A stretch of 59,748 nucleotides of DNA, counting the filler, from Sphacelaria rigidula (Eukaryota), in assembly GCA_964200075.2 (NCBI GenBank). It is 9 parts of 9 records of this genome, joined end to end, with 100 filler letters (N's around TTAATTAATTAA, not from the genome) between each part and the next. Parts side by side here need not be neighbours in the genome. Positions count along the whole stretch, not along the records: positions 6,651 to 13,200 come from CAXNAA020019408.1; positions 13,301 to 19,850 come from CAXNAA020019409.1; positions 19,951 to 26,500 come from CAXNAA020019410.1; 6 more parts are not named here. One strand, given 5' to 3'. Under the pieces are notes generated by a model that was given only the letters and a program-made list of their open reading frames with translations, was not told the origin of the DNA and searched no databases. Made by a program: the position numbers and the translations under genes. Of this stretch, positions 12,979 to 24,384 are shown piece by piece (within the stretch, counting starts at the first letter, position 1; every line of letters begins with the position of its first letter).

Positions 12979-13127
12979 GGAGAGGGCAGGGGATGGACTC
13001 ATTTGTTGCTTGCCTTAGTCATTTCACCATTGACAATGCATCCCTGTCGAGACGGAACCCCCTTCCTACTCCTGATAGACACCTCCAACATTTCAGTACT
13101 CATTACGTTCCTTTCATACATTATACA
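12979..13127 (-). mobile_element. Short 3'-end copy of the poly(C)-ended LINE
   Basis: Reverse complement of about 2362-2505, with a G-rich run at its left end. Confidence 0.8.
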
Positions 13128-13200
13128 GGGTGTACTCATGATCATGCATGCCATAGTCATAAGACCATTGACCTCGCATCCCTACAAAGCCGGGACGGAG
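13128..13200 (+). mobile_element. End of the ~330-bp repeat, cut by the contig end
   Basis: GGGTGTACTCATGATCATGCATGCCATAGTCATAAGACCATTGACCTCGCATCCCTACAAAGCCGGGACGGAG. Confidence 0.8.
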
Positions 13201-13328
13201 NNNNNNNNNNNNNNNNNNNNNNNNNNNNNNNNNNNNNNNNNNNNTTAATTAATTAANNNNNNNNNNNNNNNNNNNNNNNNNNNNNNNNNNNNNNNNNNNN
13301 GCTTCGTGTCCCCGTGTCGGCTGTGCTC

Positions 13329-13330
<2 letters not shown>

Positions 13331-13359
<29 letters not shown>

Positions 13360-14395
13360 ATGGTACTCCTGTATTGCTTGCCTTAGTAACTTGACCATTG
13401 ACTACGCATTTCTCATGAGACGGAGCACCGTTTTTACTTCTTACAGAATCACTATCAACACGCGGGCGCTCTTCACATTTTCTCCATGTCCAACATCAAA
13501 CCTTCTTGCTCATCTGATCCCCTTCCTGTGTAGTCTCTCGTGGCCACCATTCATCACCAATCACATAGATCGTCTTCGCGCTAGTATCTAATTCCTTCAA
13601 CGTTGCCAAGTCACATCCACCAATTCTCTTCGTCTCCTCCACTTTGCAAGCCATCCCTTTCATCCCTGTACACATAACCCCACACTTTACAACAACGTGC
13701 GCCCTACTCTTATCCAACTCGCCACATGGCCATATATATATATATATATATATATACGCATATCCTCTTTCTCCTCTTTCTCCTCTTTCCTATTTCTGGT
13801 GTACGGTACCTCTTCCTTTGAGACGAGTGCACGTCCGCTACTTGAAGGTGAAATGTCAGCTGTATGGCGTACTCCATCGGGCTGGTTAAATACCTTTTCA
13901 TCCCCATTACTTCTCCCAACTTCCCCAACACGTTCGACATATGGTCTTCTCTCCCCACCTCCAGTAACGCTAGCCTCCTTCTTCTTTATACAGTATCATG
14001 AAATTCAGTTCGTTCTCGTACCCCCGAACGTTTTCATGGCCAGTGTCCCTCTTGAGGTTTTCCTCCAGTGCCTTTCCGTAATGTCCCGGCTGCATGCGGT
14101 GTCCAATCTTCTCCCCGATCTCCTTGACGATAATTTTCCTGTACAGCCTTGTCAAACTATCTATGCCTGACAATCGTTCTTCTGGCCTTCTACATACCTG
14201 GTACTTGATATCGCGATTGCAGCTTGACCATATCACTCTTTGTTCTTCGTGAGTACCTATTATTAATCCTACTCTGAATACTTTTGTTTCGCCGTTGAGC
14301 ATCCTACTATCATTTTTAAATTTCGACCTCTGCACTGTTTCCAGCTATCCTATGGTTCACCCTTCTCTCTTCCTTCCTATACTTCTCCACCATGC
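13331..14395 (-). mobile_element. Heavily decayed 3' ~1 kb of the poly(C)-ended LINE
   Basis: G29 run, then a 3' UTR homologous to 2400-2498. Minus-strand translation GMKRYLTSPMEYA..LDTSAKTIYVIGDEWWPRETTQEGDQMSKK matches the 1920-2523 copy. Confidence 0.8.
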
Positions 14396-14559
14396 TCGGC
14401 GCCCAGGAGAGGGACTGAAACAGATCCCATCTTGACTCGTGGTTTCTGCATGCCTCGAGGCGGAACCTGCGACGGAGCTTGGCGAACTATAGAGTTTCAA
14501 CTTTGGAGGACGCCGGGTAGAGTTCGTTCGCGCCGGTGACCCTCGCTCACCTTGTGCAG

Positions 14560-14727
14560 GTGCAACCCCTCCTTGACATCGCGTCCCACTTGCACCTGCA
14601 GACCCAGCTGGACGAGGTCAACGGGGAGGATAGCAAAGGACGGTACGCGATCAAAATGTCTGCGACCTGGTTTCGTCGTCGCAATAGCCTCAAGAAGTCG
14701 GTCGACGTGAACTGCGTCATCAGATAA
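14560..14727 (+). pseudogene. Isolated coding-like fragment of unknown identity
   Basis: ttgtgcAG| then VQPLLDIASHLHLQTQLDEVNGEDSKGRYAIKMSATWFRRRNSLKKSVDVNCVIR*, with strongly GC-rich third positions and an antisense shadow ORF. Confidence 0.3.
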
Positions 14728-15745
14728 CCCTTCTACATAAGTTAGGATTATAAGGTCATTCATTGTCCGAATGCAGCCGCCCTCGCTTTGCCCACTGAAG
14801 TTTGTGCTTTCTGAAACAAGTGATCCTACGATATAGCGGGCGGGGTTTGGGCCATTTCTTCCGCGAAGTTCCAACTCAAATCATCATTGAAAACAGCAAA
14901 GTTTGCTCGAACGCGATGGATACCAATAAGACACACTCATACATACCACTCGACACCATTTTCATCCAAATACAAATGCACCGCAAGTAGTCAGGTCGTC
15001 TGACACGTCGGCGAGCCCCTGGCTTTCGTGAAATCAAGCCTCCCCTCCCCCACCGTAGCATCACTCGAACGCGAAATCCTAACCCCTCCCCGAGGCACGC
15101 CCTTCGAAGAGCACAATCGACGTGAAGAGAAGGCGTTTCCAAGACTTATCTACAGAGTGCACTAGAGCAGCAGCGAGACATGAGAGAGACAACAGGGCGA
15201 TTTTGTTCGCGGCTGGCGTCACAGTCTGGGTCGTCACCGTACTCCATTTCATGACAAACTGTTACCATCAGAATAGACGCGCGTGAAGAGGTTAGAGTAG
15301 CACAAGTTGTCCAGGAGGTGCCAAGACCTTTCTCGTATGTACTGGGGCTGATAGTTTCTCATCGTCTCCTTTCGTCCCCCCTTCCCTCACTCCCAGACTC
15401 TTCGGTTGGCGTCGAGTAGCAACGGCGCTGTAAAACAAGCCATCAGAACCTAGAGATAAAGTGTACAGGCTGTCACCGCACATATACCAGAGACCGCCAC
15501 TAGACAAAAGAAATACCCGGATCGACAGACGCACTTAGATATGCAACAACCTGGGAAAAAAAAATGTTTTCCCCCGGAAAAAACACATTGTGGGTATAGA
15601 CATGATATAAAAAAGCTGATCGGTTATATTTTCTAATTCTTCTCCTTCTTTTTCCTTCTTCTCAGTTTTATTTTTTTGCCTTTTTCTTTTTCTTCTCTTC
15701 CTTTTTCTCTGCATTTTCTTTCTGCTTACTTTTTGTTACTTTCCG

Positions 15746-17180
15746 CTACCATAACACGGTCCAGACATGGACATGAAGTAACGAAGCTGGTCACCCTTTT
15801 TCTTTAATATATCATAACACAGCCTAGACATGAGCATGAAACGACGATGCTAAGCATCCTTTTTCCTTGACCTACCATAGCACAGCCCAGACATGGACAT
15901 GAAATGACGAAGCTGACCATCCTTGTTCTTTGACCTACCATAACACAGCCCGGACATAGGCATGGAATAACGAAGCTATCCATCCTTTCTCTTTGGCCTA
16001 TCATAACACAGCCCGGACACAGACATGGAAAAACAAAGTTAACCATCCTTGTCATTTAACCTACCATAACACAGCCCGGACAGAGACATGGAAAGACAAA
16101 GTTAACCATCCTTGTCATTTAACCTACCGTCACACAGCCCGGACATAGACGTGGAATACCGAAGCTATCCATCCTTTTTCTTTGACCTACCATAACACAG
16201 CCCGGACATAGACCTGAAATAACGAAGCTTACCATCCTTGTTCTGTAACCTACCATAACACAGCCCGGACACAGACATGGAAAAACGAAGCTAACCCCCC
16301 TTTTTCTTCAACCTACCATAACACAGCCCGGACATAGACATGGAATAACGAAGCTAACAATCGTCGCTCTTTAACATACCATAACACAGCCCGGACAGAC
16401 ATGATATGACGAAGCGAACCATCTGCTTTCTTCCACCTGCCACAACACAGCCCGGACATAGACATGAAATAACGAAGCTAACCATCCTTGTTCTTTCACC
16501 TACCATAACACAGCCCGGATACAGACGTGGAATAACAAAACTCACCATCTGTTTTCTTCAACCCACCATAACACAGCCCGGACAGAGACATGGAATAACG
16601 AAGCTCACCATCCTTGTCCTGTAACCTACCATAACATAGCCCGGATACAGACATGGAATAACGAAGCTAACCATCTGTTTTCTTCAACCTACCATAACAC
16701 AGCCCGGACAGAGACATGGAATAACGAAGCTTACCATCCTTGTTCTGTAACCTACCATAACATAGCCCGGACATGGACACGGAATAACGAAGCTAATCAT
16801 CTGTTTTTTTCAACCTACCATAACACAGCCCGGACATAGACATGGAATAACGAAGCTGACCATCCTTGTTCTTTAACCTACCATAACATAGCCCGGACAT
16901 AGACATGGAATAACGAAGCTAACCCCCCTTTTTCTTCAACCTACCATAACACAGCCCGGACATAGACACGGAATAACGAAGCTACACATCTTCTTTCTTT
17001 GACCTACCATAACACAGCCCAGATACAGACATGATATGACGAAGCGAACCATCTGTTTTCTTCAACCTACCACAACACAGCCTGGACAGAGACATGAAAT
17101 GACGAAGCTAAGCATCCTTGTTCTTTCACCTACCAAAACGCATCCTGGACACAGGCATGGAATAAGAAAGCTAATCGTTT
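15746..17180. repeat. 63-bp minisatellite, about 23 units
   Basis: Approximate consensus CTACCATAACACAGCCCGGACATAGACATGGAATAACGAAGCTAACCATCCTTGTTCTTTAAC. Unit starts step by 63 bp, with one 61-bp unit at 16376. Confidence 0.95.
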
Positions 17181-18699
17181 TTTTTAACGTCGACCAGAAC
17201 TCAGACCAGATATAGGTATGAAACAGCGAGAAAAAACAAATAATTTTCCCTATCAAAATGGAAACAACGGGGATTGTTCCCTCCATATCACACCAAGGGT
17301 AAGACAAGAAGTAAAACCAGAACCCAGACACCTAGATTGTAGCGTGAGGGTTGACCACCTTACGTGGGAATCGAAAATACAAAATGTATAACTAGTACGG
17401 ATAGGGTAGGGTCGTCATCCCCGACCTGTCAAATTCACGTGGAGGTTGGGGTCTCGTGGTGAGATACCCGTAAAACCTTACCGGTTTCCATTGGGCGGTG
17501 AAAATCTAGATAGACATTTTCCTGAAATTTCCGACATTAGGTGCACAGGCGCCTAATGAAGGTGAGCGGTGGATAATGCATGACATGAACGTCAAGACCT
17601 TCTGCACTCATGAAACAAGCATTTCACCATTGACCGACCACATGACCCGCGAGAAGGAGCACCGTACGGTGCGTAGACTTCTTGGAATCTTGAAGGAAAG
17701 AAGCTGAGCTGATACGAAGTGTGGGGGAATCGTTGGTCATGCTTTCTGCAGCAAAGGTCTACTAGGAAGCATCAGTGGAATTGCGACCCACGGTGAATCA
17801 TACACGAAGTGGGGACGAGTGATGTACGGGACATCCCGATTTGTGAGTAAGACATTGTGTTATGCAAGCCGTCCTTGAACCTTACACGGTGAATATGACC
17901 TCCCTGGAGGAAACAAACCAGTACAGCAATGGGGCAAGAAGATAGAAGATAAGATCGTTGGACGCCTGGATGCTTTGCCCGGAAGATCGCCTGGCACAAT
18001 CGTGCAGTACTTGCAAAGGTGTTGAACCTGGCTTCAGGCTACGAGCCCATGTTGGAGGCATTATTTAGTGTCGGTGAGCCAGCGAAAGGACTGAAAGGCA
18101 CCAGACCTCCCACAAGTACTAGGATTTTGATATCTCAGTACCTTGACTACATCCCACCACAACATTCGAAACTATCGAGTTGAAGATACTCTCGAAAGAG
18201 ATCGAGAGAGAGAGACGGTAAGGAAGGGTGGAAGGAGAAGTAAAGAGAGGACGGGTAAGGTAATAGTAGTGCTGGTATTCGGAATTCGTAGCGACATGAA
18301 GATAGAGCTTCAAACGAAATGCGATGAAGTTGGAAGATATTGTTGGGGAATCGTAAAAGCAGAAGGGGAGGGAGGAGACTGTCGGATCACGCTAAAACAG
18401 AGCGCGAGCAAGAAATGGGAAGGGAAAGGATAGAGAGACGTAAGATGTCGGCATGGGTTAGAAGGGTAGGATGGAAAGCATGCAAAGCTAATGGAACAGC
18501 ACACCTCAGACATAGTCCATGGGTAAACGGAGGAAAAGAGGAGCAGGAACAAATAGGTGCCCGGAAGGGGAAGGGGAGGGGGCAGAGCGGCCCGAAGCAA
18601 ATAGACAAAGGCCAAACTGGAAATGGGAAGAAGAATCAAGCGAGAAAAAATAGAAGAAAACACGACGGAGAAAGAACAGGACACGAAAGGAGGGTAGAT

Positions 18700-19850
18700 A
18701 ATGATTCGGAAAAGCAGTTGAGAATAGGAGTGTGGAACATGTATGGATTTGTCACAGACAAGCACAAAATAATGGAGATAGCGCGTGAGTAAACACGACC
18801 AAGCTGTAGTAGAAGTTCAAGATACATGGGAGAAAGAGGGGGCGGAAGTATGATGCAAAGTTGAAGAGTGCGCATGGAGGGGGTAAAGGCGGGAGGGACA
18901 AAACCCCGAGGGCAGGCGAGCGGGGAAAATAGGATTCTTGATCAAGGAAATACCTGTGCGATATCACAGAAGTGATCAGAGACACGAGTTCGACGAGAGC
19001 ATATGAATAAGGGTACCACGAGAACGGGGAACGAAGGATTTCTTTGTAGGGAACATTTATATGCCCTCAGAATCGAAAAGTACGGTGAACGGTTTACAGC
19101 GGAGGTTTGGAGAGATAGGAACAGATGCATCTAAGTATAAAAGGCAAGGAGAAGTAATGTTAGTCGGAGGTTTGACGAATGCAAGGATTAGAAAAGCAGG
19201 TTAACCGGATGATATCATTGGGCAATACGGTGAAGAGACAAACAACACGAACGGGGGTAAAAATGCTGAAGTTCTTTCAGAAAGACAAGATGAAAACGCT
19301 GAGCGATAGAGCACAAAAGCCAGAGGCGCAATGGACATGGACTGGAAAATGCAAACACGAGAGAGAACGCTCCGTTCTTGACTATTTAGTGGTGAGAGCA
19401 TGGAAATAGTGAGGAAATGGAAGTACATGTATGCGCAGAGGACGTGGGAACTACAGATCATTGCCGGATATGGACAGAAAGCCAACGGACGAGAGAGCTA
19501 AAAGAAATAGGCGGGGCAGGAAGTTGTAGAAATTGAGAATAGATATACTAGAAATGGAAAAAAATCAGCAGGAGTGCCAAGAAGATATGTCCAAAACTGC
19601 AGTGAAGTTTTCCGAACTGTCGCAGAGCGTAGGTACAGTTGATACCGAAATGGAAAGAAACCGGGCAGGGGCGGAGATTGTAGAAGAATGGGAGCAGTTG
19701 GTCAAGAACACAGCGAGTAAAATCGTAGGGAAGAAACTGATCGTTTGCAACAGTGCAGTAAAATAGTGGGATGAGGAAGTAAAAGAGGCTGTAAGAGTAA
19801 GAAGAGAGGCCCACACAAGATGCATATCGCGTGAAACTACGGGAGGATGG
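18700..19850 (+). mobile_element. Decayed LINE ORF2 N-terminus (APE endonuclease and linker)
   Basis: QLRIGVWNMYGF at the start, WTW..ERSVLDYLVV..VGTTDHCRIW (D..SDH-like APE motifs), then K*WDEEVKEAVRVRREA. Many stops and frameshifts. Confidence 0.8.
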
Positions 19851-19950
19851 NNNNNNNNNNNNNNNNNNNNNNNNNNNNNNNNNNNNNNNNNNNNTTAATT
19901 AATTAANNNNNNNNNNNNNNNNNNNNNNNNNNNNNNNNNNNNNNNNNNNN

Positions 19951-22236
19951 TCGCTGCCTTTGAACCAAAGGTAGCTGCCCTTGGGCAGGAGTCGCTGGTT
20001 CGCGAAGAACTTCGTCTTACAAGTCTTGGAGGGTACAAGTTCGTAACCATCGGCGACAAAGCGTAGTCCCTGATTGCAGTGAAGATCGCGGGTTGCTGCG
20101 CCACGGCTTATGTTGCGATATTTCTTGTTGTGAGCAAGATGCTGGTGTTGGGATTGCGTCCAGTGAAGGAGGATTACACGCCGGTGCAATCAAAGGAGAG
20201 TTGCACGACGGTGCAATTGCAGGCTGGATTCGCGTTCCCAAGACGCTCTCCGAAGACCGTGCCAGTGTGTCTTATACATGACAGCGATCTTGCCTCCTCG
20301 ACCACGGGTTATCTGCTGGCCGGAAATGGAGGACACATCCAACCGAAGGGGCTGTTCCGTCACGTCGTCGGTTGTAACGTGGTAAGGCGGGGACTTGGTC
20401 GAGTAGCTGTTGAGAACATACTGTGTGAGTCCGGCAGGCAGGTACTTGGGCATGTCACTTGTATCATGCGGGTTCGTGCAGTGTTTGCATCTGTGCACGG
20501 AGACGCGGGGCTTGGTGTCTTTGCCCTCGAAGTCGCGAGGCAAGTCGAGATAGGGCAGTTTGTCACCAACAGGTTTATCATCGGGAGATGATGGTGATGG
20601 TTCGACTGTCAGGATCTTAAATGATCCTGTCCAATTGAGGGAAAATTTTGTCCTCAAAATTGTTTCGTTGGCTGCCTTGCTGGTGCCTTGGCAGATGGTC
20701 GACAAACTGTTGTAGATCCAAACCCAATCACCAACTTTCCAGTTAGGGTGTTTGTGCATTGGGTTGTAGAGAGCAGTGCTAGATCTCTCTAGGCGCGAGG
20801 CATTGATAGCGTGTTGTCCGCGCACGAGGGTGAACGCTTTGCGTTGTCGAGCATGCATTAGCTCGTTGTAAGATATCTGATCCTGATCCAATCCTTGCTG
20901 TCCGTCGAACGTGTGGCGCTCAAACACGGTGATAGACAACCTAGGGTAACGTCCAAGATGGAGTTCGTTCGGAGAAAGGCCTGTAGCGGCATTAACCGAG
21001 TTGTTGTAGGACAACATGATGTGCAAGAGATGTAGGTCCTAGTCATTTTGGCGGTCATTGGCAACCATAGAGAGAGCATCTGGGCCATGGTGTGATTAAC
21101 TATTTCGGTACCACCGTTACCGTTCGGGTGGTAGGCGCTCGTGGCAATTTTGCGGATGCCCGGGAGCTTGTAAAGCTCATCAGAGAGGTCTGAAGAAAAT
21201 TGCTGACCATTATCTGAAAGTAGGCGCTTTGGGCAGCCGTAGTGCTTAATGTGATCATGGACCAGTATGTCGGCCGTTCCGGCAGCAGTGAAATCTGCGG
21301 CGGTTACCGCGTACATGAACGTGTGGCGGCTAAAGCGGTCAGTGAAGAGTAAGATGTAGATGTTGCCGCGACCTGTGGTCGGGAGAGGGCCGAAGTAGTC
21401 AAAGGACACAAGATGGCCGGGCTCGTCGGGGAGTCCCATAGAGATCACGGGCCAGCGTACTATCTGTCGTGAAGTTTTTCGGGCTTGGCATTTAAAGCAT
21501 CGCCGAATCCAGAAGCGTGTTGAAATTTCCAGGCCAACCCACCAGTAGAAGCGTTCCGAGAGCGCGAGGGTGCGGGTGACGCCAAGGTGACTTGAGAAGC
21601 CTGTGTGACAGTCTTTCATGACCCAGGGACGCATTAATAATGGCACATATATGCACGTTGGTTCGTCATTGAGTAGTCGTGCGGTGCGTCCCGTAGTTGA
21701 GGCGGCAATTGCGCCTGTCAAGGGCGTGGGCCAACGTACGAGTAGTTGCACGCCTTCATCCGTAGTAAAAAAGGGTGCCTTTACGCACGAGCTCGTATAC
21801 GTCAGAATATCTGGTGGTGGCAGTGTTCCAACCGGGGCCAGAAGTGTGGATAGAAAAGGGACTGGACAGTCAAGTTGTAAGTACCGGATGGCTGCGCGAC
21901 ATAGCGGTTCTGCGTTCTGTTCGCGAGCCCAATCGCGGTGGGAGTAGTTGGCGAGAAACTCGCGTAGCTGACCTTCCGCTGGCGAGCCGACCAAACATGG
22001 TAGGGCAGGCGGCGAGGGAATAGGCAACGGCGTAGAAATGCCGACGTCAATATCTGTCTCGGGAGCGGGAGACGAATCGTCAGGACCGTGCTCGGAGGTA
22101 GGAGAGGTCTGCGGCGCCGTTACTGGCGGCGGGGTTGTATCAGTGCGCGGCGAAGGTTTTTCGCGGCGCGTGGCAAACGGTGCAGAATTTTCCGTCGAGC
22201 TTTGTGTGTTGGACCGTGGAACTTGTACGGGGTGGC
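19951..22236 (-). mobile_element. Ty3/Gypsy pol 3' region: integrase plus chromodomain-like domain, frameshifted
   Basis: HHCC zinc finger (DCHTGFSSHLG..RCFKCQARK), rve core (SFDYFGPL..LSDNGQQF..AYHPNGNGGTE), frameshift near 21070-21030, then LSYNNSVNAATGLSP..WTGSFKI..VMYKTHWHGLRRASWERE. Confidence 0.93.
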
Positions 22237-22466
22237 TATAGACCTCTGTCACTCAAGATCAGATTGCCATGTGGACTCCTCCCGTCACGGGCACATGAAC
22301 TTCAGCAGCTTTAGATATATATGTATTAACCCTCAGCATAGTACAGGAGAACAGGACCATGTAGCCTCTCTCCACCAGAGTAGCAAAACCAAGCCTACTC
22401 GCCATGGGGGTCACCATCACAGAGTCCGGCAATCAGACCCGCAACTCCATGGTGGCTAGGTCTACA
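22237..22466 (-). repeat. 3' LTR (230 bp), minus strand TGTAGACCT...AGGTCTATA
   Basis: Short terminal inverted repeat, adjacent purine-rich tract at 22467-22474, and 109 bp shared with 26328-26436. Confidence 0.7.
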
Positions 22467-24384
22467 GCACCCCCAAAGCTCTCTACTACCAACGAGTAGT
22501 TACATCAGAGCTTGACAAACTCAGACATCATTGGTGCCTGATAGTACCGTCGTTTCCTGCAAAGAAATGCAATTTCTTCGCTGCTTTCGACAACAGCTCC
22601 ATACAAGCTTGCCCCACTTTCGAACAACTCGCAAGAGATTCCAAGAAAAGATCGTCCATCGTGAACATGCAATCGCGCTACTTGCACCAGTTCGAGTTAC
22701 AAAGCGATAGCTAGCGCCAAAGTCTCAAATCTTCGCCCGAAACAAATATCTTGACTCTTCATCGGCACGAAACCGGAAATGTCAGCAAACGTCAAATTCC
22801 AGAGCATTCGTGACTCATCGCCTCTCTCATCCGAGACAAGGTTCTTCTCAACATACAAAATGAACTCTTTGTACGTTCAACACCTGCGCAACGGAGTGCA
22901 ATAGCCAACTGATACATCATCCTCACGCTAGAAGGAAATAATGCACCCAACACGTCTTAAACGCACCTGACCTCTTGCTTCTGCAACACCGTAAAAAACG
23001 TATGCATTGCATGCCTCCCCGCCGTCAAAGCTCCAATGCTTCAACTTGCCTTCATTTCATAAAGACAATCAAAGGAAAGCCATGGCTCAAACCACTTTTC
23101 AAGTCATGCATACAAATCCAACGACTGCGAACGGACCTCGACCTCCACCATCATTCACCACCCGTGGTACTGTCGTTCTCAAACTCTTGTTTTCGAGCAA
23201 ACCCCAGACATTTCTATATTTCGTTTGGATCTTGGACCGTCATATCCCATCCGTGCATCAGCCAAAATGTAGAAATAATGATTCCCTCGACACTCTTGCA
23301 GTCCACCTGCACCAGTTCTTCGAACAAGTGGACGCATCATCCACATGCTCCTTCTGACATGAACGAAAAACCAACCACGTACTCGTTTAAACACGTGACA
23401 ATCCATACAAGAACATGCCATGGTCAAAGATCATTGATGCATGCGCGCATAATGTCTTTATCGTCAACCACCGGAAGGACTCGCGTCATACCTGCTCACA
23501 TACGACGAACCTACGCATTTTGTACCTTTCAGCTCATTTACACGCTAACAGCAGCAATCCATATGTCCTGCACTCAGTACGTGCAAACCGCACAAATATG
23601 ATTCGACTGTGTTCCTGCGCGAACAAAATTATACGAGCTTCACTTCATTTAGCATACAGCACTATATTGAAAACTGCCCCACCCTAGGTCGTCACCAGAT
23701 ACCATTCATATCAGTACCATTCGAGCAAACATTCGCACATGCCTGCCAGAATTCCACTCAGCGTATGAAAATCCGCACAAGCATGCCAATATTTCACTCA
23801 GCATATGCAATGCCACCTTCCTCGCAGCAAACACCATGCATCATCCGTGCCAACCAGATCAGTGCAACACACACATGCCAAATACCCACGTGTACGCCAG
23901 AGTTTTACCCTGCACACGCGATACGATCATACTCGCTCAACAACCATGTTTCATGCGCAAGCATGACCACAAACCACATAATAACAAGCTGAAATCATTC
24001 TCAAAACGATTCGCGAATACCAGTCATAATGTGTTTCCTCATTCTCAACAATCACTCAATCACCACAGCACTTGCTCCTCAACATCAGTACCCCACTCGG
24101 CGCTCACCACAACAGCAAACACCTCAGGTAATGCCTTCTTTGTAGTCCTCCAGCCCGCTCCTGAGAAACAGCAGCACTCGAACCACAACCCCGTGCACAG
24201 CGTAGAGCAGTCTTTCCTCTCGGACACTCCCTCCTTGCACCTTCAGTCTAGCTACATCTGGCACCTCCATGGTATAGCTCAACACGCCTCTAAAAGGTAT
24301 ATTCGCACCGCCAAACCAATGCGACAGATCATCTGCCTCCACAGATACTTGGGCAGTACCGAGCCCCTGTGCTTCAGTCGGTTT

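Noticed and set aside
15746..17180. CRISPR-like array
   Set aside because: The variable parts are point variants of one sequence, not unique spacers. There are no cas genes and the context is eukaryotic.
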